Assembly: GCF_006345805.1 (NCBI RefSeq)
Contig: NC_043012.1
Location: forward strand, 39,370,001 to 39,434,000
Direction: 5' to 3'
DNA length: 64,000 nt
From: Octopus sinensis
Taxonomy: Eukaryota
Part shown: positions 25,731-39,398 of the stretch, in pieces
How the letters are laid out: each line of letters opens with the position of its first letter
Numbering within the stretch: position 1 is the stretch's first letter
The notes under the pieces: model-generated
Told to the model about the DNA's origin: nothing
The model's database searches: none
The model's input: only the letters and a program-made list of their open reading frames with translations
Position numbers and translations under genes: made by a program

Positions 25731-25860
25731 ATAAAGAGAGTTGTTGAGAAGTTCCTGCTTTGGGTAAAAGAAAATAGAGGAGGATCAGTTAATTGTAATT
25801 TTATTCAAAATATTCCCCTCTGAGATTCACTAATTACAGCAGTCCTTCAGAACTTGGAAC
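25731..25860 (-). mobile_element. Mariner 3'-end fragment
   Basis: Reverse-complement homolog of 46660-46775 (gatcagttaat...ttttattcaa...attcccctctgagatt). Confidence 0.65.
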
Positions 25861-26396
25861 GTTGGGCCTCCAGCCAGCCTTTCGCGACACCCTTAAAGTC
25901 AGGAACTTTTCTCTCTCGCTCTCTCCTTTCCCTCGCTCTCATCTCATACGTCACCATGCATCGAATATCAACATCGTAACAGGCGATAACTAATACGTGA
26001 AGCCGACCTGGCAAAACCGTCACATTCCCTCGGCTTTACTCTCTCAGCTCAAACTTCACCGAGGTCGGCTTTACCATTCATATTCTCGGGGTCGATGTAC
26101 TCGGCTCGGTGTGATCGACTAACCTCATCTACTCCCTTAAAAACTTCAGACCTTGTACTTCTAATAGAAAGGCTATATGCGTGTTTGAACGTATATATGT
26201 ATACACAAATTCAAGATAAAAAAATCTGTGTAGTTTCATCATATGCTAAAAAATACCAGCCTTTTTTTAAAAAAACGGTTGAATTTTCTTCAGAATCACT
26301 CGTTGGCATCTTAAAACAAGAGGAATGCCACATCGGATAGGAAAATTTATTTGTTTAAGGCAGGAATACTTAAAATTTACTCATATACGATTAGCA

Positions 26397-26436
<40 letters not shown>

Positions 26437-26453
26437 CACACACACACATATAC

Positions 26454-26507
<54 letters not shown>

Positions 26508-26510
26508 GCA
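26397..26510. repeat. (CA)n microsatellite
   Basis: Near-pure ca repeat, seen directly. Confidence 0.95.
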
Positions 26511-26540
26511 CGTGCTCACCACCACACGACTACGTCCATA

Positions 26541-26795
26541 TATTTCTTATACTTGCTTCAGTCGTTTGATTGCGGCCATGCTGGAGCACCGCCTTTTGTG
26601 GAACAAATCGACCCCAGGACTTATTTTTTTGTAAGCCTATTACTTAATCTATCGGTCTCTTTTGTCGAACCACTGGGTGACGGGGATGCAAATGCACCAA
26701 CATTGGTTGTAAGGCGATGGTGGGGTGTCAAACACACACACAAATCCATGTGGTTGGGAAACAAGCTTCTTACAAAATAGCCACGCTTGCGCCAT
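26541..26795 (-). mobile_element. SINE family A with internal deletion
   Basis: Body gcggccatgctggagcaccgcc is intact. The internal cacaca run joins directly to the head segment ccatgtggttgggaaacaagcttct. Confidence 0.85.
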
Positions 26796-27700
26796 TAGCT
26801 TCTTACCACACAGACATTCCTGCACCTATATATATAATCATCATAGACCTAAGCACATACACACTTTTATGATTAAGTTAAGCTATTGGTCTTTCTCTCG
26901 CCTCTCTTTCTCTTTCATATTCTTTTCTATTTTACTCTTTTTAACTCAACTCTTATTGAATCCTCCTTCTTTCCCTCTATTTCATATCACTCTTTCACTC
27001 CTGTCTCCCCTTACTCTTGTCCCTCCCTCTCTCTCACACATCTCACTTCCTCTCTCTCTATTTTCCCGTTTGCTACACTTTCTTACGTTACTTTTCTCCT
27101 CCCTCCCTTACCCACCCCTCTCCTGCCCTCGTGTCGTCTCCCCCTCCCTCTCTCCGTCACGTACAGTTACACCACAAACGACGTCTAAACCGGTAATATC
27201 CGGATACAACCGACCCATTCTGCTTTTCCCCAGTTTTTCTCCTTCAGCAGACGACATCTTGTGTCGTCTGCTTCCAGAGAAATTACTTTTCAGCAAAGAC
27301 GGTTTCAATGTCGGTCGTGTCTTCACGAAGTCGACGCTTGGACTCAGCAGAAAAGGCGAACGGCTGAAGTATTTATCATGCAGCTGCAAAGACAGCATTC
27401 TAAAAATATATTGGTATTTTTTTAGAACCTTATAAGTCTTTGGTGTCAACGAAGGTGAGGTACCTCATCAGATTCGTTGAAAAATACTAACCAGAAATCA
27501 TATCTCTTTCAATAACGATGTTTTAACTCCTTTCTGCACCTCAATCTTTCGTCTTTCTGTTTCGCTCTCACACACGAACATAACAGGTATGTGCATATAT
27601 TTGTATATGTTTTTTTTTTGTGTGAGATGTGTGAGGATTTTTGGATGTATGTAATCGTCTGTATATGTATTTATGTATCTATTTACGTCTCTCTCTCTCT

Positions 27701-27736
<36 letters not shown>

Positions 27737-27854
27737 ATTATAGATATAGGGTAAAAAATTATTAATTTATAATTAATAAATTTCACCAAGTAGTTTCGAT
27801 ATGGAAAGGAACCATATTCGGTAAAAACTTATACAAGAAGTTTTATATATAATT

Positions 27855-28120
27855 ATAGCAATAATTAAGGGTTTAGCAACCAGTTGCTTAACCACATACC
27901 GAAAAAGTTAGAAATAGCAGCCAAAAGACCGTTCTTTTCGCTACAAAATATGACTCCAATAGACAACCCTCTCTGTAACTCACACAGGCAAAAATAGTTA
28001 CAGAGTGGGTTGTCTGTGGAGTCATATTTTGTAGCGAAAAGAACGGTCTTTTGGCTGCTATTTCTAAATTTTTCGGTATGTGGTTAAGCAACTGGTTGCT
28101 AACCCCTTAATTATTGTTAT
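27855..28120. mobile_element. Fold-back element or MITE: ~125-bp inverted arms with a 15-nt spacer
   Basis: 27855-27980 is the reverse complement of 27996-28120 with only scattered mismatches. Spacer is cacacaggcaaaaat. Confidence 0.9.
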
Positions 28121-28133
28121 CTATCTATCTATC

Positions 28134-28199
<66 letters not shown>

Positions 28200-29089
28200 T
28201 ATATATATACATATATATATAGAGAGAGTTTGTTTCTATGGATAATTATCAGCCAAATATTTCCATAGATGTTATCTATGCAACAAATGTGGATATCTGT
28301 AGTCACCAGGTATCCACATTTGTGGATATCGTGCTATCTAGCTAATGTTCGAGAGACTAGGAATCGTGTCCCTAATTTATAGCAGGGATATTCTATTTAG
28401 TTATCCTATAATTTGTGCTGTTAATTCTATAATAGGTTCAACCCCATCATATTAGATTAACTGTCCAAAAGATTGAAGTCGTTATAAGGAGATAACTAAC
28501 CTACTAAACCTAACGTAGACATAACGCTTATATTCATTATGCTCTGTCCCAAAGGAGAAGTGAATTGCAGAAAATAAATGCTAAACTTTCTTTATGGTAG
28601 CAGTTTTAATGGTTTTAAAGTCTCTCATGTACTTTATCTTCGTTATGTCGGGACAATGTAGAAGGTTATAAAAGCCCATCATATCCGCTGATACTTGCAA
28701 CTGTTTTAACCGTCAGTAGTTTTTAGTGATCTTGTTTTGACTTTCGGTACTAAATCTTGCATTGATTAACCTCATTCTACCCACTGCAGTTCTTCGGCCA
28801 AGACTGGTATTTCCGTTTCCCTGCGGATTTCCATTTTACTTGTTCCTCTAACCATTTGTTCTATGGAGCTGGTTTTATATTCTGGTTCAAGCAAGTGGGA
28901 TCACATGTAGAGTATCCATGGCTCAGACATCGGTTTGGGCACACCGTAAAACTATGGATTATGTAAGGGTTCGTCTGCAAAATTCAAACGCATTAACAAA
29001 TATTGCAGGCATGTGAAACCTGGGGGATACAAAAGCTGAAATGTCTTCAAAATAATATGAAAGCACTAATCTAAATGCATCGTCCCTAC

Positions 29090-29292
29090 TAGAGTCACAA
29101 GGCCTGGAATTTGCAGTGAGTAATAAAGTCGCTTACATCGACCACAGTGCTCAACTGGTGCTTATTTTATCGACCCGACTTTATGAAAAGCAAAGTCGAC
29201 ATTGGCGGATTTTGAATTCAGAAAGTAAAGATAAGCGAAATACCGCTAAGAATTTTGTCTGAAGTGCTAACTATTCTGTCTGCTCGCCGCCC
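29090..29292 (-). mobile_element. Degenerate SINE family B
   Basis: aactggtgcttattttatcgaccc...gcaaagtcgacattggcggattttgaattcagaa...ttctgtctgctcgccgcc is the reverse complement of the family B consensus. Confidence 0.8.
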
Positions 29293-29914
29293 TCAATCGA
29301 TGTATGATAATGGCAATTTTCAACTTAGATAAAATTTATAAGCAAATTAACTGACTTCGTGGGAATCAAAACTCATTATTTAATTTTCTCTAAGGCTATT
29401 TTCTGTCGTTCTTTTTTACCTCGTATGAAATGTACTTGAGCCAATCATTTTGAAGAAGATTGTAGATTTCTTTATTCTATACTGAAAATGGTGGCTGGCG
29501 TTATTTTGCCTCAGGATGCCACTAAACGAAACGCTCTATGATCCAAGGGCTTCTGTCAGTAACCAACCCGCCTCTTTTGTGTTCTAATACCTACTTTATC
29601 CTTCTTGATTTTAGAAGATTTAGACATGTAACTACACTAGTTTTAATATATATCGTCCTCTGTTTGGATCTGAATTCAGTAACGCCATCTACATAAACCG
29701 TTGTCAATTTTATATTGCTCTCTCTGTCTCTTTACAGCAATGTTTTAACCTTGCTTCTAGAATTTATTCTTATAATATGATATCCAATCAGTTACTCAAC
29801 ACGACCACATAAACTATGACGCTTGACCATCAACGAATTGATTAGGTTGAGACAAAGTGAACCTCGAACACTTCGGCTACTACGAGATATGAAACAGCCA
29901 TGATTGCCTCACAC

Positions 29915-29971
<57 letters not shown>

Positions 29972-31364
29972 CTTTCTTTCCCATTTCCTCTAACTCCTCT
30001 TCTGCTTTGTATGAAACACGCACATGTCTGTGTGTGTATTAAGTTTCCAATTAAAAGCAGCCTTAATTAGATAAACATGATTGATGTTACACAATGTATG
30101 TGTTTTGATTTATCAACTACGGAATTTTTCCAGGGTAAAGTTGCTTTAAAGACGTCGAGTGTCAACCAAAAATATATCACTGAATATCTCAAGAACAAGC
30201 AAAACGAATCGCCTTGTAATTGAACGAGAACGGTGGCTATCAATATTTCGTTGTTACTTCTGCTTCTCGGTACCGTAAACTCGAGTCACCTCGAAACGAA
30301 TCGGTGGTCTGATGTCTATATGAAAATAGCGTTAAATCTATTTGCTGATATGCAAAAGCATCGTACAAGTAGAACAAAGATTCATATTGAATTAGAAGTA
30401 GATTGAAGAGATGTGATATATGTTAGCTTGGTGTAAACGCGTATGGCAATTGAACAACCAATGTATTGATAATTGTACGTCAGTAATGCCGACCTGAATT
30501 GCAGAGAAAATTCCATTCTAATTAAAGGAACAGAAACTGTCAAGAAAAAGGCAAGAAATGTTGTCACATTGCCGATGTAGGAATTAAGTGTAACACAGAA
30601 ATTAAAACTTATTCAATTAATTATGTAAACATTTGAGACAAGTAGGCAGTTTAGAGCAAAAACCTTCTTCTGACAGTAAACATTAACAATGCAATAGTTT
30701 TGTCAGAATTTTCATAAGACTATTTGTTGAATTCCTCTCCAGTGCAAACCTCTTTGGTGCGAAACTTGAATCAGTATGGACGTAAACAACATTAATAGTA
30801 ATCAATATATATTTACTAGATTGTATTAATCAGTACTTTCTCAATTCTACATGCAACTTAACACCATGAACACACACACACACATGCGGGCATATATAGA
30901 ATGTGCATAGAGAGAGGGGAAAGAGAGAGAATGGCTTGAATATAGGAGGATCTTAAGACGCATGCTTACCTACTTCCAATAAAGAAAAATAACTGGAGAC
31001 TAGTCACACCCACTTACAAGACATACACGCACATATACGTACTCACATATATACATAAACATACATGCACAGACACTTGCATATACCTACACAGCGAGTT
31101 GACACTGTATTCAGCCTATTGGAAATAGAAATAATAAGAAAAGTGCAAACACAATAAGATTTGGGTCATGCTATGTATTGATCAATGTCACTGATACATT
31201 GCTGATTACGTCTAATCAATTACATACTATAGATGAAGTAAATAACACTTTAATTAAAAGTATTTCCTCTATGTGGATGTATGTGTATATATATATATAT
31301 ATAGAGAGAGAGAGGCATGTATTCATATGTGGATGTATATAAATATGTATATGTGTATATATTA

Positions 31365-31420
<56 letters not shown>

Positions 31421-31422
31421 TA

Positions 31423-31497
<75 letters not shown>

Positions 31498-34353
31498 ACT
31501 TATGGGGATGTGAGCATCGACATGCCCACAAGCAACTGGCTGGATCGTATGCGAGTGTGTCTAAAGATATGTACATTCACACTCCTATCAGTGGTGCATC
31601 AATTTGTAAGTGTGAATATGTACTAATAGCCGTGTGTAGATATGTATTTTCAGTTATCAATAATAATAATAATAATAATAATAATTCCACAGTGCGTTCC
31701 TCCCACAAGATATGAATCTATATGGTTGCTATATCGAAGAGAAGTACTTCTAAGATGCGGTGGGCGGAGATTAAGCCACCATACAGAATATAAATTTGGA
31801 ACAAGTAGACTATTTCTCATTTTCATGTGGTTTTATATTATGTCCTGTTATTGTTTTAGTAAAATTGATCTATGGTTAAATAAATTCTAACCCATTTTTG
31901 TGATATAAAATTAAGTATCGGTCTATTTTGAGAAGTCATTGCCTTAAGACAGATTTGGCTGTTGTTTCTAGCAAAACAGTGTTTATATGAGGGATTTAAC
32001 GCTATATTTGTATTTGTTGTCGTCGTTGTTCATATTAGTACCAGGTGAGTTCTTATTGTGTAATCCCATAATGACAGATGCTTCACGTGGAGCAAACTCG
32101 TTGTTTTGTACGAAGTTTACATCAGACTAATATTGTTACTTGTTATTTGACAGAAATTTGGCTGTTGTTTCATGAAGAGGGTCTACCGATTACATGAATT
32201 TGGTACATGAATATTATTCTTTAAAGTATAGTGTAGGTCACAGGAGAAATGATTTGGTATTACTTGTAGGAATGGGATGTAAGTCAATACAAAGACAATA
32301 GGAGATAATTTATGCTGACTAAGCGATAATAGCTACTGATTCTTCTAACAAAGCAGGAGGAAAATTGACAGATTAAGTAAAACTAGCTGAATTGTAGAGA
32401 AAATAACGGAAAGTGTTTATAATGTGCAGAATTTTCAAAAAGGTGATGGAATCGGAGAAACGGTACAATGGAGGATAAAATAGCGTAGCATAGTCAGAAT
32501 CGATATACATTTAATTTGCAATCATGTCGAGGTCAGTTTTGCTTGTCATCTTTCCATGCTCGATAACATATATATATATATGTATATATTGATGTGTGTG
32601 TGTGTTAGGTCAATGTTGGCATAATTGCGATTTACCTCTCTCCTGAAATCTCTATAAGAGAAATAAAATAAAAAGGTGATGACTATCTCCAGCATAAACA
32701 CATCGTCAGATTTATAGTAAGAGGGCTGAAGCTTCGATAAATTGGAAACTGATCGGGTTAATCTCAAAGTCGTTATGTTATAGCTATAAGCAATTGCACG
32801 TAATACAATGAATATTAAACATTTCTTCGCTGCAAAATAGCCCTCTTGTAGTTAGCTTTCCAAATTTTTTTTTCATTCCAAGAGGTTTTTCACCCTATGT
32901 TAAATGCGATTATTTAGGGCTGTATTCATTTCGATATTTAGCATTAAAATGATGTGTTCGAATAAATGATTTCTGATAAATATCTACTAAGAAACTAAAA
33001 ACCTGATTAGATCGATCTTCTAATATTACTAGAACTTATTTTCAACTGAAGTATAATAGGCAAAATTGTTTCCTGGGATGGTGGAACACAGATGGGAAAA
33101 CTGTATTTTATTATATTTAAATTTAAAAGAGTAAAAATTTGTCATTATTGACGGTACGGAAATTCTAGCAAGATTTATAAATTACACTCTGGGTCACAAT
33201 AATTGCATGTTACTATAATTGATCTGCATTGATTACCTGACAATAATTGTATTGAAATAAAGTAAATATTACCTGGAGAAGAATCTAGATTGTGAACAGA
33301 GATAACTAAATAACCAAACATTACCGTGTAAGTTGGGTACAATAGGAACATTTTTGAATTGGGTATGGGCGACTGAAACAAGCCTCGTATATTACTGGTA
33401 CTTATGATTGAAGAAAAGAAATATCTGAACAGATTTAAACCTAGAACGACATGAAATCTATGAAATGGCTTCTATATAATAAACTGACTAGAATTAAAAA
33501 TTCTCTAACCTTTTTAAATGATAATGCTTTAGAAAATCTAATCTTGGATATTGCTATAATACGAGGTGGTCACAGTGGGAATGTCTTTTATCAAGGTTAA
33601 CCAAGGTCTTGGTAAACAACATTAATTACAAGTAAACTGACAGAGAGAAGAAACAACGACGATGTCTTGTAGTTACTCTTCAACAGTCCTATTAGAATTA
33701 ACAATAGGAATAATAGTTACTAATTCAGGTAAAACGCTAGCAATTGCAAGGGGAGATCATCGATTCCAGGGACTTTATTTTAATCTCGAAATGATTGAAG
33801 GCAGATTTGACCTACGCGGGACTTGAACCATGACAAAAGAGAAAAAAATCTAAAGAGTTATCGTACGTCATATTTTCTGATGTTCTAACGATTGTGCTAG
33901 CTCACTCCCATTGTTGACCAAAAGAGTAATGATTTCTTACATCAAGATGAGGCTGCACATTTCGAACAATGTTACAATTGTATCAACTCCAGGATATTGC
34001 TTATTTATCTCCTGCAAGAGTTAACAGCAGAAAAAAAATAAAGAAAACGATTAACCTCGGAGGGATTTGAACTTACAGCTGCACGCACTTTAAATAAAGG
34101 TATTTTACCCAACGCTCAAACATTTCTCTCAAATCATGCAGCCCATCATATGACATATTTGTGAGTCTGGAGATTCTGACGCGTTTCCATGAAAGTAAAA
34201 TTCCCTTCTTGGAGATTCAGTTGGAACTCCCACAATCTCTCTACAAAAGTTGTTTAATTTGAGATAAATTTATGTCTCATCCTCTCTTTAGCTCTTCTTA
34301 TCTCTCTTCCCTTCCTTCCGTCATAACATACATGCAATATACTGTTGGTGCAA

Positions 34354-34750
34354 GGCGGCGAGCTGGCAGAAACGTTAGCACGCCGGGCGAAATGCTAAGC
34401 GGTTTTTCGTCTGCCGTTACGTTCTGAGTTCAAATTCCGCAGAGGTCCACTTTGCCTTTCATCCTTTCGGGGTCGATAAATTAAATACCAGTTACACACT
34501 GGGGTCGATGTAATCGACTTAATCCGTTTGTCTGTCCTTGTTTGTCCCCTCTGTGTTTAGCCCCTTGTGGGTAGTAAAGAAATAGGTATTTCGTCTGCCA
34601 CTACGTTCTGAGTTCAAATTCCGCTGAGGTCGACTTTGCCTTTCACCCTTTCGGGGTCGATAAATTAAGTACTAGTTACATACTGGAGTCGATGTCATCG
34701 ACTGGTCCCCCGCCAAAAATTTCGGGCATTGTGTCTAGAGTAGGAAAGGA
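34354..34750 (+). mobile_element. Dimeric SINE family B (full copy plus a head-less second unit)
   Basis: Full copy to about 34585, then a restart at gtatttcgtctgcc. Flanked by imperfect direct repeats actgttggtgc (34341-34351) and actattgatgc (34754-34764). Confidence 0.9.
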
Positions 34751-35186
34751 TACACTATTGATGCGATAATGTGTTCTATATTTATTTGTTTTCCTCGTAT
34801 ATTTTTTTGTTTCTGAATGTTCGACAAGGTTGTTTTTCGTTTTTTGTGTTACCATATAGTTTTCTCAAAGAAGCATAATTCTTTCTCTAAATACTTTTAC
34901 AGCTGACATAGGTTTCTTAAGAATCGAAACACTAATTTCTATAACAAAAAAATACACGAAGAAAAATAAAAAATAACGAAAATATCACATCGAACTTCGG
35001 CAAAGCAGATATTGATTTTTTTAATCAAAGAGAAAAAAATGCTGTTATTATTCTATGACGGAAATATTGATTTCAGGAATGGAATGGTGGCTAGGTGAGA
35101 CGTTGTGGGTGGAATGATGTTGCAAAAGAAGAAATACGGAAGGTTATTCTACTCATTACATTTTGAAGAGAAATATATTGTACGCA

Positions 35187-35194
35187 TGTATATA

Positions 35195-35248
<54 letters not shown>

Positions 35249-35249
35249 C

Positions 35250-35346
<97 letters not shown>

Positions 35347-35360
35347 ATATATATATATAT

Positions 35361-35446
<86 letters not shown>

Positions 35447-35451
35447 TACAT
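35187..35451. repeat. (TA)n microsatellite
   Basis: About 265 bp of nearly pure TA, seen directly. Confidence 0.95.
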
Positions 35452-35984
35452 AAAAAATCAAATAGAGCGGTGTTTAAATAAATAGAAAGTCATAAGTATT
35501 TTCCTGTGATCTACACTCTCACAGATGCAGATAGACAGATTTACATATTTACATACATATATGCACCGCAGCGTGTGTAGGTATACGCCAATCGATTTGC
35601 ATGACATTTTATAATTAACTCAATAAGAGTATCGAACAAATATATTCGATTATTACTTACAGGTGCTTTCACAACTTTACTCAATGGACCTTCTCTGCTG
35701 TCTGTATGTACATCTCTGTGTCTACCTACAGGCCTTTCTCGGTGTCTCTATCTTTGACTTACGTATATATTTGCATACACATACACACACTAGCACACAT
35801 TGTACTTGTGTGTGTATGTGAAAGAGAGAGAGAAGGCTGTTATGCCAACACATATATGTATGATAGACAGGCATATGTGAATCACACATTTTAATTCTTC
35901 TAAGAACTTAAAATGCAACAATTAGATGCTTATCGTGACTATGACCAATATCTATGACAGACTGAACAAATACTTGGATGTTTT

Positions 35985-36340
35985 TCGACTGGGTTCAGAA
36001 GCTAGTCTCTAATTTGACTGGAACCTCTCTTCAGCTTTGCTATCCTTATAACATGGGGTGACGCTGCTAGTCTTAGTTTTGATTTCTACTCTTATTATCA
36101 CAGGAAGTGCTCTGATGAACTTTCTCTCTTAGTTCCAGTTCGCCTTGTGCCATCTCGGCTGCTACGGAACTCACAGAGTCTTTATCCAAATGCAGTTATA
36201 CTTCCACGTATAAAGAAGTCTTTCTACAGTTGTGGCTTTTTTTCCCTCGAACTGCCAGACTTGGAAATTCGCTTCCATATCATTGCTTTTCCCGCTTCTT
36301 ATGACTTCTCCCTATTTTAGAACTTCTGTTATAAAATATA
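35985..36340 (+). mobile_element. CR1/L2-group LINE, ORF2 C-terminal fragment
   Basis: Frameshifted translation VQKLVSNLTG...DAASLS..FYSYYHRKCSDELSLLVPV...FFPRTARLG/WNSLP...FPASYDFSLF matches the conserved R..RLWNSLP C-terminal region of CR1/L2-group RT proteins. Confidence 0.75.
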
Positions 36341-36982
36341 AAAAAGTTAAAATTGTCAAATACACCTATAGATAATAAAAAAGAAAACGTGCGTAGGATT
36401 ACAGTATCAATCTTGTCATAACTTTTAAGGAAGTTTAAGCTGCTATTTCTAGCAGGGTATATCTCTGCATAGTCAATTCTCCGTTGTCACTCTGTTGTAC
36501 ATTAATGCAGCGTAATGGCTTGGTTGTTTAGTCAGAATTTAGCCAGAAAAATCTGATGTATAAACGAATGCGTTATACCTGAGTGTACGTCATTATTTTC
36601 TTACTAGTTTTATTGTTATAGGTTAAGGTTAACTTATTTCTCAGAGTAAGTCAGCACCCTAAAAACTACAAACTTGGCTTGTGGAGAATCGAGCGAAATT
36701 TTAACTTTTCATTTGATCATAAAAACTTCTATTTTTTGAATTTCATAAAACACGTAGTACTGTTTTTTTTCTTTCTTCTTTCATTTCTCACTTGTTTATC
36801 ATTGGAATGCTGCCAGGCTGGGGAACCCCGTTAAAGTGTTTGGTCCACTAAATCGACAGTCCATTACATTTTTATTTCAATCTGATAACTTAATCTGTCA
36901 TTTTTAGCGAACTGCTGATTGACGAGGACGGAAACAACTACAAGCGGTTTTCAAACGGTGGTGGAAACACACACACACCACT

Positions 36983-36984
36983 CA

Positions 36985-37028
<44 letters not shown>

Positions 37029-37070
37029 TATGTAACATATATATATATATTATATATATATATATATATA

Positions 37071-37108
<38 letters not shown>

Positions 37109-37620
37109 TATATATATATATATATATATAATATATATATATATATGTACATATATATATATATATTATATATATATGTACATATATATATATACATACA
37201 TATATATATATGTACATATATTAATACATATGTATGTATCTCTCCCCCTCCCCTCCTCCTCCTCTCTTACCACTCTCCGCCTCTCCCCTCATCCTTCTCC
37301 TCCTCTCCCTCCTTCTCCTCTCCCTCCTTCTCCTCATCTCACTCTCCCCACAACCCCCACTCTACCCCAAACCCCAGCCGAACCCACACCCCACATGGGC
37401 TTTCCCCACTCTCGCCCCCACCTCCACACAACATCACACCACACTGCACTACACCATACAACATTACACATCACATCACAACACCCACAGCACACCGCCC
37501 ACACACCCATCCCTACATATTTACACCTACACATACATACACATATCACATCACAACACACCACCCACACACCCATCCCCATATCTCCACACCCACACAT
37601 ACATACTCTCTTATACACAC
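36983..37620. repeat. (TA)n microsatellite followed by C-rich (CT/CA) low-complexity tract
   Basis: Direct inspection. Explains the Pro/His-rich ORFs 37008-37708. Confidence 0.9.
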
Positions 37621-37689
37621 ACGCGCCTTTATGTTGGAGCCACCTTCATTTTGGAAGTCACTTGACCCTGTTATCTCCTCTACTGTCCC

Positions 37690-37935
37690 TCTAACGTCTA
37701 ACCTCTGACCCCTGACCTCTGCCTGAAATCAGAACGCCATGATAGACCATTAGCTCCTACACGCATTTTTTTCTCTCCTTGTTTCTTTTCTGTGTATCTT
37801 TCTGTCAAAGAGCGTAGGCTCGAAACGTAAAAGACTTGTTCTATTTCTATTCCTGAGCGCCATAATAATACATTTGTTTGTTTGTACTCCACCTGCCTTT
37901 GTCTTTTGTTTATTTTCGTAAACCTTCCCGTTATA
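37690..37935 (+). mobile_element. Penelope-like-element-derived terminal repeat fragment
   Basis: Carries a minimal type-I hammerhead-like motif with a palindromic ACGU stem III, an arrangement established for Penelope-like element termini. No PLE protein sequence recognised. Confidence 0.5.
37797..37834 (+). ncRNA. Degenerate minimal hammerhead-ribozyme-like motif
   Basis: Stem I tcttt/aaaga, core CUGUCAA(A) versus canonical CUGANGA, stem II gagc-gtag-gctc, GAAA, ACGU palindrome, then A at the cleavage position. Confidence 0.55.
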
Positions 37936-38200
37936 TATATATGTACATTTATATATAATATATATATATATACATATATATATATGTACATATATATATA
38001 TGTATATATATATATGTACATACATATATATATATGTACATATATATATATACATATATATATATATGTACATATATATATATACATATAATATATATAT
38101 ATGTACATATATATATATGTACATATATATATATATAATATATATATATATATATAATATATATATTTATATGTACATGTATATATGTATGTGTGTGTGT
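37931..38200. repeat. (TA)n/(TACATA) microsatellite
   Basis: Seen directly. Confidence 0.95.
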
Positions 38201-38648
38201 GTGTTTAATGCAGACTTATCTACTAACACACAAAAGTTGATAGAAAGATAGCCAAGTCTAGGGAAACAGATAGGTTGGTGGGTAGGTTGGTGGAGGGATA
38301 GATACATATATATTTCCGAATGAGTCTACGACACATCTGATATAAAATAAACACTGTAAATTAAATTAATTAATTCTATAGCAGAATACAATACTTTTTC
38401 CGACTCTAAATATAATTAACCATAAAGCCGTTCTTAATTATGATTTCGTTGATACTCATTCTGCTTCAATACAGTCTGAAAACATGACACTGTCTCTAGA
38501 AAATTTATATTATATTTTCTCTGAATAAATATCTGCAATTTATCAATCACTCACTAATAAATTCTTGACAATAAATTAGCGAGAAAGCTAACCTCAAACA
38601 CCGAACAGTGAATAAATTATTTAACACGATATTATGATGTATTTAACG

Positions 38649-38812
38649 AAGTCGGAGAGCTTCTTACAATGCGAAAAGAAAGAGTTTAATAACCTTTCTA
38701 TATTTTAAACACAAAGGCTAATCGTCATAGTGAACAGTTGTTGGTGGTTGTTTGTGCCTGAAATAAAGGTTATTAAGCTCTTACTTCTCACATTGTAATA
38801 AGCTCTCCACTT
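38649..38812. mobile_element. Short MITE or fold-back with ~48-65 bp imperfect inverted arms
   Basis: aagtcggagagcttcttacaatgcgaaaagaaagagtttaataaccttt compared with the reverse complement of the right end, aagtggagagcttattacaatgtgagaagtaagagcttaataaccttt. Confidence 0.7.
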
Positions 38813-38861
38813 ATATGATTTATTATTTCACTTCTGCATCGCAGTACAGGAAGCTGCAACG

Positions 38862-39173
<312 letters not shown>

Positions 39174-39398
39174 AATATATATCATTACGTGTAAGTATAT
39201 ATGTGATAGGATAGTATGGCATATACTTGCAGGTGTGTGTTTGTGTGAGGGAAAAGTTTGATGTCTAGAAATAAATCCCAGTCAGATTACCTAAAAGGAT
39301 TTTTTCCGTGCAACTTATCTGGAGCAACATTCTGGGCGTTTACCAAAGAACTGGGATGCAAGCAAGATGGAACTTACACCCGAATGTTATGAGCAGTC

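Noticed and set aside
30250-30330. Possible minus-strand exon (xIRPPIRFEVTRVYGTEKQK*)
   Set aside because: Short, with ambiguous donors and no supporting neighbouring exon.
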